A stretch of 64,000 bases of DNA from a virus (lineage: Duplodnaviria > Caudoviricetes), in the IMG/VR virus record IMGVR_UViG_3300009185_000001, positions 128,001 to 192,000 of that record; one strand, given 5' to 3'. Positions 1 through 10,600 of this stretch are shown piece by piece. The translations under genes were made by a program, and so were the position numbers. Positions within the stretch are counted from its first letter, which is position 1. Every line of letters begins with the position of its first letter. A model generated the notes under the pieces. The model was not told where the DNA came from. It did not search any database and was given only the letters and a program-made list of their open reading frames with translations.

Positions 1-2934
1 ACTTCTGATTATATAGGAGTAAATGGCATTAGTTTTAAAACGGAAGAATACCCACCAGCAGATAATCAAAAATTTGATTATTTTTTAGGAAATAATTCTA
101 TAGTATTGTTTGAATATAAAAAGAATTATAATAATATTTTAATAAAAAATAGCACTTCTAATACTTTAGTACTTTCTAGTATTAGTTTAACTTCAACAAA
201 TAATCTTCCTAAAAACTCAGTTCTCAAATTTACATCTTACGATAAAAAAGTATTAAACATTGATAATAGTGTATATGATAGTTATATTGTAAAATATAAA
301 ACAGATCCAACAAAAAATGAAAACAATTTAGAAATAGATTATTCATTTTCAAATCAAAATTTGTTATCACAAAATTATTTAGGATTGTTTCCTGTAGAAA
401 ATCCAGATATAAAAGAAAAGGAGTGCTTATATAATTTTCAAATACAAGGACTTAAAAACTATCAAACTCCAGAATATAAATACACAACAGCAAATCCTAT
501 GCTAACCGCATCTCCTTCTATAAGAAGGATATATAATAAAATATTTTCTGGAACTAATCAAAATAAAGGATATGATAAAATATTTTTAGGATTTCAATCT
601 GATACAAAAGAATATACATTTACAACGGATAATGAAAATTTATTTTACTATCCTCCAACCTGTAACAGAGAACCTCTAAGTTCGGTTGGCTTGATAGAAG
701 ATGGTGCTATAGCAGGAGAAGTACCATTTACTTCGGATAGAATATCAATATATAGAACAAACTATGAAGAGCAGATACCCGAAGGACCGCAACCAAAAAG
801 TATAACTAAATACGACAATACTTGGTTGTGTTCATGGTTATCCGGAACAAATTTAGGAGATAAAGTATGGTTTGATCGTTATTATAATTCTGCATACTAT
901 ACTTTAGATCAAGCGTTAACGGCAAAAACTATGGTATATAACCAATCGCTATCTGCCAATGTTCCGTTTACATTTGATGTTCCTTCTTCTATAATACTGG
1001 AACCTGGAGTTTTATATAAATATGACAGAAGTGGAAAACGAAACAGCATAGATTTCATAAAACATTTAGATAGTGATATAAACAATCCACTAGGAGCAAA
1101 AGTTTTAAGTATAACAAGTTGGCTTTCATCGCCACTAATAGATGATTCTAATTATAAAAATAACGGATTGGTATTTTTTAACACTCCTGAAAACTTTAGA
1201 AAAGATTATTGGATATTAAATGGAACAAATCATGCCGTTTTTCCATCAAAAACTTCTTTATTGCAAAAATCTAGATTTACGATTTCAATGTGGTTGAATG
1301 TAGATGATTGGAATAATATATATGGAGATCAAATTTTTGGAAATTATTATGAAAGTGGATTTGGACTTATAAATGATGGTGCTTTAAACGTTCCCTTGTT
1401 TACAATTACAAACACGGCATCTGCGGTTGTTTATAATATAAATTATAAATTTACAAAACTTTCTGAAATTCCACTTCCTATTAATAACAATAGTTCATAC
1501 TCATTTATTCAGCGACTTCCAGACTATAGTTATTGGGTTTTTGATTCAAAACAAAAAACAGGTATAAAATACAACCCAATAAATAATATCGTTGCTTCTA
1601 TTTCAAGCTTACCATCGTCCGTAATAAAAAATATAGATCAAATAGAATTAGATTCAAATCAAAATTTTTATTTTTATGACAATACTCTTAAATCATATTT
1701 AAAAGTAAATCAATTAGGGGAATTCATATCTCAAGGTAGCTTTTCTTTAGATTCTGGTATTAATAGAATAGAAATTGACAATAATAATGTACTATTAGGA
1801 GTTTATGGAAATGCATCTACGATAGATAATAATAATAATATATGGGAAGTTGTTGGTGGAAATTTATATAAAAATCAACAAATATATGCCAATGTAGGAG
1901 TAACTCAACAAATAATTTGTGATTCTGAAAATAATTTATGGATTGCACACGAACAAGATAAAATTTCAAAATTAAATATAACTTCTGGTCTTTTTGAATT
2001 TTCTTCTAGATTGGGAAAGAACTCTGGAAAGCCATTAAATCCATGTTTATCCTCTGAAAGATTTCGTTATATAAATTTGTTAAAAGTTCCTAAAAACACA
2101 AAATCTTGTGATCAAAACAGTTCGTATGAAAATAATTTAATAATAGTAGATACTAGAGACAATAGTATTTATACATTAGATTCTACTGGGTATCTTCTAT
2201 CCAAATTAGATTTAATAGCACTATTATCAGATCCTAAAATCTCTTTAAATTTTTATGCAAATGGAGATTTTAGTGGATATCAATTTGCAAGAAAATTTGG
2301 AGGAATAAATAAGTTGCTTTCTTGGAAATTAAAAATAGCAGAGCCAAATGGGAATAATTACAAGTTAATTTCTCTTTCAAATAATGTGAATTCTTTACCG
2401 AAAGGATGGCACAATTTTTCTTTAGTTTTTGATTCTTTAAATGGAATAGCCAAGAGTTATATCGATTCTATAGAAGTTAATAGTGTTTCATTTGAACCAA
2501 GAAGATATCAAGTATATTATGATTACAGATCATCTTTACTACTAGGAGCAGCTACAATAAAAAATACAACATTAAATGATATTATAGGAATAGATAATAG
2601 TAACAAATTTATAGGAAGCGTTGCAGATTTAAGAATGTACTCCAAGGCATTAACACAGGGAGAGGTAGAACAAATTTATTTTGCTTCAAATTTTGCAGAT
2701 TCTCGAAAAGATTTGCATTGGAATATAAGAGTTGGTGACCGAAATTTTTTAGAAGAAATTGAATACTTCTATAAAGCTCAACTACCGGGAAGTAAAAGCA
2801 AGTACTTTAATATTAACATACACAATCTAAATATAGATAATAATATAAAAATGATTTTAGAAGAAGCTATAAAAACCAATATATCTAAAATAATACCAGC
2901 AGAATCTTCGCTTTATAAAATAAACTGGATGTAA
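1..2934 (+). CDS. Large virion structural protein with LamG/concanavalin-like halves and a beta-propeller-like middle; 5' end truncated by the window
   Basis: Frame is open from base 1, so the track start at 106 is only a TTG. LamG motifs FTISMWLN, GWHNFSLVFD and FIGSVADLRMYSKALT. Confidence 0.7.
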   Translation, partial: TSDYIGVNGISFKTEEYPPADNQKFDYFLGNNSIVLFEYKKNYNNILIKNSTSNTLVLSSISLTSTNNLPKNSVLKFTSYDKKVLNIDNSVYDSYIVKYKTDPTKNENNLEIDYSFSNQNLLSQNYLGLFPVENPDIKEKECLYNFQIQGLKNYQTPEYKYTTANPMLTASPSIRRIYNKIFSGTNQNKGYDKIFLGFQSDTKEYTFTTDNENLFYYPPTCNREPLSSVGLIEDGAIAGEVPFTSDRISIYRTNYEEQIPEGPQPKSITKYDNTWLCSWLSGTNLGDKVWFDRYYNSAYYTLDQALTAKTMVYNQSLSANVPFTFDVPSSIILEPGVLYKYDRSGKRNSIDFIKHLDSDINNPLGAKVLSITSWLSSPLIDDSNYKNNGLVFFNTPENFRKDYWILNGTNHAVFPSKTSLLQKSRFTISMWLNVDDWNNIYGDQIFGNYYESGFGLINDGALNVPLFTITNTASAVVYNINYKFTKLSEIPLPINNNSSYSFIQRLPDYSYWVFDSKQKTGIKYNPINNIVASISSLPSSVIKNIDQIELDSNQNFYFYDNTLKSYLKVNQLGEFISQGSFSLDSGINRIEIDNNNVLLGVYGNASTIDNNNNIWEVVGGNLYKNQQIYANVGVTQQIICDSENNLWIAHEQDKISKLNITSGLFEFSSRLGKNSGKPLNPCLSSERFRYINLLKVPKNTKSCDQNSSYENNLIIVDTRDNSIYTLDSTGYLLSKLDLIALLSDPKISLNFYANGDFSGYQFARKFGGINKLLSWKLKIAEPNGNNYKLISLSNNVNSLPKGWHNFSLVFDSLNGIAKSYIDSIEVNSVSFEPRRYQVYYDYRSSLLLGAATIKNTTLNDIIGIDNSNKFIGSVADLRMYSKALTQGEVEQIYFASNFADSRKDLHWNIRVGDRNFLEEIEYFYKAQLPGSKSKYFNINIHNLNIDNNIKMILEEAIKTNISKIIPAESSLYKINWM

Positions 2935-2935
2935 A

Positions 2936-3715
2936 ATGATTACTTTTAAAAAAACAACACCAACATGTTCAAATATCTATTTAATAGATGAAAATGTTTG
3001 TTTATCAAATTCGCTAAACACTTTAAATTATAATTTTTCATCTTTAAATTTTTCTTTAAATTCTTTAGATAGCTATAGAAATTCTTGGTATAATTTATAT
3101 ACCACAGTAAGTCAAAACAGTTCAAACTGGATAAAAACCGCAACAAATATTAAAGCATATAGTGCAGTATGGATAGATACTTCATTAACAGTATCCTCTT
3201 TGAGTTCTACTTGGATAAAACCATATACTATATATTATCCAAAAATGTTGAATATAGATTATTGGTATTCTTTATCTACAAATGATAAAAATTTAATAAT
3301 AAAAAATTGGATGAATACAAACTTCATAAATACGAATAAAAACACATCTATAATAGCAGATGTTGTATTGTATTTAATTCAAAATCAATCATTTTCCTTT
3401 AGGTTTAATAGAAGTTTCAGAGAACCTTGCACACCAAATGGTGGAGGATTATCAATTGGTTGTAGTGGATGTGCAAGACCTAATAGAGGCTGCAATCATA
3501 CTAGCGGAAAGGGTAAAAACAAAAGACATTGGTGTACAAATGCATATGACAGTTGTAGCGTAAGTATACAATCTTCTACAGCATCAGTTGCTTGTGTTGG
3601 ATCTGGAGCAAAAATGTTAAATGTAGGATTGGCTAGAAATTCTACTGATACTAATGTTGCAAGAACATTAACTATAAGAGTTAAAACTATAAATGGAGAT
3701 TGGACGGTATTATGA
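2936..3715 (+). CDS. Putative virion protein, paralog 1 of 3, with Cys-rich insert
   Basis: 259 aa. N-terminal motif ENVCLSNSLNTLNYNF and SSTWIKPYTIYYP are shared with the next two ORFs. Confidence 0.7.
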   Translation: MITFKKTTPTCSNIYLIDENVCLSNSLNTLNYNFSSLNFSLNSLDSYRNSWYNLYTTVSQNSSNWIKTATNIKAYSAVWIDTSLTVSSLSSTWIKPYTIYYPKMLNIDYWYSLSTNDKNLIIKNWMNTNFINTNKNTSIIADVVLYLIQNQSFSFRFNRSFREPCTPNGGGLSIGCSGCARPNRGCNHTSGKGKNKRHWCTNAYDSCSVSIQSSTASVACVGSGAKMLNVGLARNSTDTNVARTLTIRVKTINGDWTVL

Positions 3716-4692
3716 GTAATATTATTTCACTTAAAACCACGGAAAGTATAGGAAATACGCTATCTACTGTTAATAACAATTATTTTAACTTAGAATTAAA
3801 TACTTTAAGCATACAGAATGATATTGAACAATATTGGAATTCTGTAATAAACTATTATTTAGATTTTCAAAAATTATTAAAGGAAACTACAAGCATAGCA
3901 CAATCATACTCATCAATTTTTATTGGAACATCGACTACAGTAGAAGCCAATTCTTCTTCTTGGATAAAACCGATAACTATCTTTTTTCCTTCTATATTTC
4001 CTACTTTCATAGAATCAAATAGTATAGTAGATACACTATCTAGTTGGATTATTGAATATTTTCCAGAAACGTCATTTTCGGAATATGATGAGATTACAAA
4101 TTCTTTTAATCAAGTATCAAATTATGTAGAAAACCAAGAATTAATAGTATATGCACATAGATGGAAATACGGATCTTCAATATCTGAAAATACTCTTCTA
4201 ACTGATTACACTCTTTGCACAACATCTAGTAAGTCAGTATGTGTGACTTGTACAAATAGATATTCAGGATATGTTCGTTGCGATAATGGGGATTTTAATT
4301 GCAATGGACAATCAAATTCATGTCAACAGTGTAAAACATTAAATTGTTTTTATGCTAGTCCGCCATATAATACATATGTGCCTCCACCAATAAGAACATT
4401 AAGATCAGTTGATCATTATAGTACTATACCAGAACGAATAGTCACTCCGGTATATAACAAAAAAGGAAAAATTATTAGATATATTAAAAAAGTAATTACT
4501 AAAGTAATACGTTGGACAACTGATGAATGGGCAGTTACGGCAAATCCGTCTCCGAATGGACAAAATTCATATGGATCTATTAGAGCAAATGTAGAAATGA
4601 CGTTTCAAGACAGAAATGAAGAAGAAAATATATTTGCTGTTGTTTTTAAAATAAAAAACTGTTCTTGGAGATTTGATAGATTTTTACAATAA
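3712..4692 (+). CDS. Putative virion protein, paralog 2 of 3, with Cys-rich insert
   Basis: ATG 3712 overlaps the upstream TGA (ATGA). Motifs ESIGNTLSTVNNNYF and SSSWIKPITIFFP. Confidence 0.7.
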   Translation: MSNIISLKTTESIGNTLSTVNNNYFNLELNTLSIQNDIEQYWNSVINYYLDFQKLLKETTSIAQSYSSIFIGTSTTVEANSSSWIKPITIFFPSIFPTFIESNSIVDTLSSWIIEYFPETSFSEYDEITNSFNQVSNYVENQELIVYAHRWKYGSSISENTLLTDYTLCTTSSKSVCVTCTNRYSGYVRCDNGDFNCNGQSNSCQQCKTLNCFYASPPYNTYVPPPIRTLRSVDHYSTIPERIVTPVYNKKGKIIRYIKKVITKVIRWTTDEWAVTANPSPNGQNSYGSIRANVEMTFQDRNEEENIFAVVFKIKNCSWRFDRFLQ

Positions 4693-4698
4693 AAAATT

Positions 4699-6282
4699 AT
4701 GAGTAGAAAATTAACACAAGAAATTTTTAGAGAAGATTGCGTTGGAGATTCGTCTGGAAAACACAATTATAATCTTTTATCTTTAGATACGAATATATGT
4801 AATATTTCGAGTCAATATTTTATCGTTCCTAATAATATTAATTTAATTTTTAATGATTTCATAGCAAACGTCGAAAGCTTTACACAAGCAAATAATTTAT
4901 TTTTAGATCCAAAACGATTTAATTTAGTAAGTGCATCTGTAAATCTCTTAAGTTCTTATTGGACAAAACATGAATTTTCAGTTCATTATCCGTTAAACAT
5001 ATCATTATTGCAAAATATGACAGTTAGTTGTCCCACCGTTAATCAATTGGATGAAAAATTAATATCATTGGCAAAAATATATTTAAATACAAATTATGCA
5101 GCAACAGATTTTGAAGAAAATACAAATGTAAATGTGATATTTTTTCTTTATAATGTTCCAGTAAATCCTGCAAATCCCAATGATTTAATTACTTCTAAGA
5201 CAAGTCCAGAATTTTCTTTTAATGTTAGACATATGTATGCTGAATTTATAAGACAAGATGTTTCTCTTGGAAACGGTAAAATTTTTAAATTTAAAAATGT
5301 AAATAAAACTTGGATATTTAATTCAGTTACCATCGGAGCAACCGATTCTACAAAACAACCAGTATTTGTTCAAACAAATCCTCCTAGAATTTTAACAAAA
5401 CAAAATACTATCACTAAAAGATCTGAAATAAATATTATAATATCTTCAAATACTTTTAATTTTGATTTATATTATCAAGCAGTGAATTCTGGATTTTATT
5501 TTTCGGGAATAACTGATATAACACTTACAATAAATTCTGGAATTTATGTAGGAAGCAATTCGACAAACTCTCCTGCTCTTACGATTTCGGGATTTAGTGT
5601 CGGAGATACTATAAAAATAATAAACAATGGAAATATACTTGGATATGGAGGAAAGGGAGGAGAAGGACAAGATTTGGGAACTATTCCATCCGGTGCTAAT
5701 GATGGAAAAGAAGGAGGAGATGCTATTTTATTGAGATTTCCTGTATTGAGTATTGTTAATAATGGAGTTATTGGTGGTGGTGGTGGTGGCGGTGCAGGGG
5801 GAATTGCTTCGTATTCGGATAATAGATATCTAAAAGATTATTACGACCCCACAATTAGAGCAGAGCAGAACAAGTATGCAAACTACTCAAAACCCTCAAT
5901 AGGCTCTGGTGGCGGTGGCGGTGGTGGTGCAGGATATCTCGGAGGATATAACGGAGAATCGGGGGTTTCTCAAACATCACAACCAACTTCTACCAAGCAA
6001 TATTTATGGACATTACAATCTCCAGCACAGAACGGAAGTATAGGAACATTTTTTGCTGGAGGAGTAGGGGGAAGCGGAAATACTTCTGGAGGAAATGGTG
6101 GCTTATTAGGGCAACAAGGAACAAGTACTGGGAAAACCGATTCTAGTGGAATTAAATATCCACCTTTTGGAGGAAGTGCAGGATATGCAATACGAGGAAA
6201 AAGTTTTTTATCTTCAATAACAACAACAGTAGCAAATTCTTCTAATTTAAAAGGCGATGTTAGAGGTGCAATAGCTGATTGA
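4699..6282 (+). CDS. Putative virion/tail protein, paralog 3 of 3, with glycine-rich C-terminal domain
   Basis: 527 aa. EDCVGDSSGKHNYNL motif; C-terminal GGGGGGGAGG-type repeats as in phage tail-associated proteins. Confidence 0.7.
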   Translation: MSRKLTQEIFREDCVGDSSGKHNYNLLSLDTNICNISSQYFIVPNNINLIFNDFIANVESFTQANNLFLDPKRFNLVSASVNLLSSYWTKHEFSVHYPLNISLLQNMTVSCPTVNQLDEKLISLAKIYLNTNYAATDFEENTNVNVIFFLYNVPVNPANPNDLITSKTSPEFSFNVRHMYAEFIRQDVSLGNGKIFKFKNVNKTWIFNSVTIGATDSTKQPVFVQTNPPRILTKQNTITKRSEINIIISSNTFNFDLYYQAVNSGFYFSGITDITLTINSGIYVGSNSTNSPALTISGFSVGDTIKIINNGNILGYGGKGGEGQDLGTIPSGANDGKEGGDAILLRFPVLSIVNNGVIGGGGGGGAGGIASYSDNRYLKDYYDPTIRAEQNKYANYSKPSIGSGGGGGGGAGYLGGYNGESGVSQTSQPTSTKQYLWTLQSPAQNGSIGTFFAGGVGGSGNTSGGNGGLLGQQGTSTGKTDSSGIKYPPFGGSAGYAIRGKSFLSSITTTVANSSNLKGDVRGAIAD

Positions 6283-6731
6283 TTCCTATGTTTGCACTAT
6301 TTAATAAAGATAAAAAGTTTATAGGATATAGTAATGATATTCCAGATAATTCTTGTATTTTAAAAAAAGAAATACCGCCTGAAACTTCTGATATGTTATT
6401 ATGGAGATGGGAAGGGGATTATGACAATGGAAAAATGATTTCCATCGGAATGGGATATCCCATCGAAGAAATTGAATTAGAGAAAAAGTTTTTTAATGAT
6501 ATAAACAAAAAATATCCAATAGAAACTCAAATTTTAAATATAATAAAACAGTTAAAAAAAATAGTTCAACATAATCAAGATATGATAGATGATGATTTTA
6601 TAGATATGGCTGATTGCATTATAAATGCGGAAGATAAATACAATAAAAGAATTAATTATTATAGAAATTACGAAAAATTAATATTAAAAAATGAATCAGA
6701 ACAACAATTCAAAAACATCTTTGGAAAATAA
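6279..6731 (+). CDS. Hypothetical protein (possible fibre assembly chaperone)
   Basis: 150-aa ORF coupled to the Gly-rich gene; the true start may be ATG 6288. Confidence 0.55.
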   Translation: MIPMFALFNKDKKFIGYSNDIPDNSCILKKEIPPETSDMLLWRWEGDYDNGKMISIGMGYPIEEIELEKKFFNDINKKYPIETQILNIIKQLKKIVQHNQDMIDDDFIDMADCIINAEDKYNKRINYYRNYEKLILKNESEQQFKNIFGK

Positions 6732-7173
6732 AAAAGATCCATATCTAAAATTTAGATATTCCCGTGGATTAGGAGATGTTATAGCTTGTATTTTACATAG
6801 TAAATTTTTTGGATGGTTGACAAAATTTATAACCGGAAAATCTAAGCCATGCAGTACTTGTTCAAAAAGAGCAGATGCATTAAATTTACTATTTCCCATA
6901 CCATTTTGGAAATTATTTTTTAAAAATGCAGAATTGATGATTCAAGCACTTGAGACAGACTTAAAAGATTTTGGATATGAAACAAGTATAACCGAAGATG
7001 GTTTGGGGGTATCTTCATTCAAAGCGGATGAGATTGAATTAAAAAATTCGGAAAATATAACTTCTATAGATTATAATGAAAATGATTATATAAAAAATTA
7101 TAGTTTAATTAATAGTGGAGAAAATATTTTAGGAGATTTTTTGATTAAAACAGAAATATACAAAAGAAAATAA
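6691..7173 (+). CDS. Hypothetical protein with GLGD...CxxCxxR...LN motif
   Basis: SRGLGDVIA...KPCSTCSKRADALNLLFP. Confidence 0.6.
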   Translation: MNQNNNSKTSLENKKDPYLKFRYSRGLGDVIACILHSKFFGWLTKFITGKSKPCSTCSKRADALNLLFPIPFWKLFFKNAELMIQALETDLKDFGYETSITEDGLGVSSFKADEIELKNSENITSIDYNENDYIKNYSLINSGENILGDFLIKTEIYKRK

Positions 7174-7174
7174 T

Positions 7175-7642
7175 ATGGAAATAAAAATAATATCTACACA
7201 AAACATAACAAACTCTTTAGATTCTACTAGAGAATTTGGAAGTTTTTTACTAAAAGCAAATGCAGTCATTCATATGATACATTGGTATGTTTTAAACTAC
7301 AATTTACATAAAATATTAGGAAATTTATACGAAGATTTAGATGAATTGTTTGATAAATTGCAAGAAGAAATAATAGGAACAACAAGAAATAATAATTTAA
7401 ATTTTCCTAAAATTAATTTTCAAATTCCTGTTCTAGAATTAGATGATGTTTCTAGATTTGTAGATAATAATGATGAAATATTAAATATATATTTTGAGGT
7501 ATACAAAGAAGTTACCAGTGCAATAACTTCAATAGAATTTAATAATTTTACCACTCAGGTTAAAAGCGGAATACATAATACCGTAGATGAGATTCTATCT
7601 AGATTTAACAAGGCAAATTATCTTCTGTCTTTAGTTAAATAA
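7175..7642 (+). CDS. Ferritin/Dps-like four-helix protein (DUF5856-like)
   Basis: HMIHWYV...HKILGNLYEDLDELFDKLQEEIIG matches the Dps-like H..HW / H..Y..D..E pattern. Confidence 0.65.
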   Translation: MEIKIISTQNITNSLDSTREFGSFLLKANAVIHMIHWYVLNYNLHKILGNLYEDLDELFDKLQEEIIGTTRNNNLNFPKINFQIPVLELDDVSRFVDNNDEILNIYFEVYKEVTSAITSIEFNNFTTQVKSGIHNTVDEILSRFNKANYLLSLVK

Positions 7643-10600
7643 GTCCTAATCCTTTATATAATTCATAGGACAGTTCGCTATCTAAAAATCCTTCATCTCC
7701 AAACCAGTATTTAGAAGTTGATAAATTTTCATTAATCGTTGTTTGTGGATTTTCCCAATCTATTAAACCTTCTAATTGTTTATAATCATAACTAGGAATG
7801 AATTCATAAAATTCATAATAAGAAGGCCAATTATAATCAGTTAGTCCTATAAAATTTGCTAAAATACCTACGGTGTATACCTGACATCCATTTATTTCTC
7901 CTGTTTGTATTGTTTTATATTTGTTTATGGATTTGTCTTTTAATATTACTGGAGTACCTGCTGTTATTTTATAACATAAAGAAGTAATAAGATCTCCTCT
8001 GTTTACAACGTTTTGATTGTTGACTGTTGTATATGAAGTTTCTTGTAAAGATTTTGCTCCTAACAATCTAGATTGATTTATGCTAGCATAATCAATTACT
8101 CGTTGAACATTAGGAGGAAAATTTAATCTGAAGTCTTCAGAATCCATTCCAACTTTTTTAGCCATATCATAAATTTGATTTATATTGCAGTAATCAATGT
8201 CTGCATTATTTGAAACAAAGTTTGCAATTTTTTCATATATAGAAACACCTAAATCATCATGCTCAAATGGATACTTTCCGTATATAGAACCTAAAAAGTT
8301 TTCAAACAAATTAGTACTTTCATTCAAAGAAGGCATGAAAGCCATTGATTGCATTTGTTTTGCCATATCAAAATCTTCGTTTAATTTAAAAATAGTTGTG
8401 TCTTGATGCTCTGTAAAATTCAAATAACGCGATTGTCCTGTTATTGTTTCTTTAAATGTGTCTGTTGTAAAATAAGGAAGATGTTCTTTTCCGTATTTAT
8501 TAACCCATTTAAGACCTGTCCAATCTCCGGTTGCTTGTAACGATTTATTCCATATAGAATAATTCATTATGGTTGGACTTGATTGATCTTCAAGATAAAA
8601 TGTAAATCCTTGTGGATTTATGTAAAATGTATTTAATATTTGTTTTGTGTTTCTATCTAAAATGTATATTTGATTTTCAATTGAATTTATAATATAAACC
8701 CTTCCTTTTAAATCACACCCAATACCTTCTAGTGCAGTTTCATCGGTATTTATATTTGGATCAAACCAATCAGGAGCATATGTCGTTTCAGTTGTTCCTG
8801 ACAAGTTTATTGTAAAAAGTGTTCCAGTACTATTATCCACAGAACCAACCCAACTATAACTAAAAGTAAACCAAGGGTTTTGATCCGTATCGAGAGTCAA
8901 ATGATTTAAGCCTATTATAGGATAAACAGAACTTAATAGAATTCCATTTGAATTTCTTTTTTCTAAAGAACATTCTCTAGTACTCCAAATATTGTTTGAA
9001 AGAGCAACCCAAACATTATTGTCTTTGTCTACTGCTATTTCTTGTGGGCAAGAACAAACTGGGTATGAATGAGAATATAGTAAGTTTCCATTAGAATCAT
9101 ATTTGATTAAATATCCACTAGCAAAGTATGAATATGTAACCCATACATTATCTTCAGTGTCAGTGTCTATTCCCGTTGGTTCTATGATGCCATTTGCTTC
9201 GTTATTGAGCAAATTATAATCATATGGAGAATTTTCGTCATATTCATAATATGATGTTTGTGAATACCAATCACCAATTGCTGGAGCGGGTGGAAATTTA
9301 TATTCAATAGCAGATGCAGGAGTTATAGCAAATAAAAAATTTCCATATCTATCAAATTTAAGGGTTGATATTGTATCATAAAGCGTAACCCATATATCCT
9401 GTTTACTATCTAAAACAACAGATGCTGGAGATACTTGATCATAAGACCAAAATCCTAAATTATTATCAGAAACTACTTTATTTATGTCTATTGCACATAA
9501 TATATCTCCTCTTGTTGTAAGTCTATAAAGATTATTTAATTCTGAATCCAATGCCCATGCATGATATGTAGGAGAAGGCATAGCTGCTACACTGCATATT
9601 CCATGAATACCAGAAAGTGCCATAGCATCTTTCGAAAAATCGACTTGATCATCATTAATGATTGGCATTTCAAAAGTTTTAATAACAGCAACGTTCATGT
9701 TTGGAGTATCCATTGCTGCTGATAATACGGGATTGTATATGTACTGAGCAACAGTCATCAGCCCCGCTTCTGGATTGGATATCCATAGCATGGGATTATA
9801 ATATTGTGTAGAAAGAGCAGGAAATTCTATGTCAACACTTCCGGTAATAACCGAATTTAAAGAAGAAGCAGTAGTGGTAAAAAACGTTCCCTTATAATAA
9901 CCCGGAGTTTTATATCCCGTTTCATCTATCCATTTAAATTCTGTTGGTTGTGGAGTAAAATTTGAATTCAATCCTGTCGTACCTACTTTTATAGATAAAT
10001 TTCCAGAAAGAGGAATGCTATGACAAAATGCATATTCTGGATTTAAAATTTTTATACCATTACTTCCATCGTTCCATTCATAGTTGTCGGGATATGGAAT
10101 AATGCTATTCGTATTTATTAATACAGGTTGTTGAGCTTGAGGCCATCTAGGATTTACATAATCTCTAATACCATTTTCAGTTATCCTTACATTATCTGGT
10201 GGTCTCACCATAAAAATATAAGGACATGAAACAGTTGCTAAACTATTTGAAAATCCCGGCAAGTCTTTGTCTGCATTGGCACTATCGTTAAAAGATCTTA
10301 TTCCACTTGTTCTTAAGGTTGCGATAAGTGTTGTATATGGCTTATCTTCTATGAAAAGATCATAATTGTGTATATCATCAATACAATAAAATTCGGCACT
10401 TCCAGTCACGCCAGCCACTAAACCGTCTCCATTGTTATTTATTTTTCCTACAGCATTGGAATATATCTTATCTTCTTTTGGAATTATTGTTTTTATTATA
10501 TTTCCATCCAGATCTAAAAATCTCCATTCTGGTCTTAAAAAAGACCACTTATTTCTAGGCTCTTGTGTTTGATATGATCTTGAAAATTGTGTCGCTAAAT

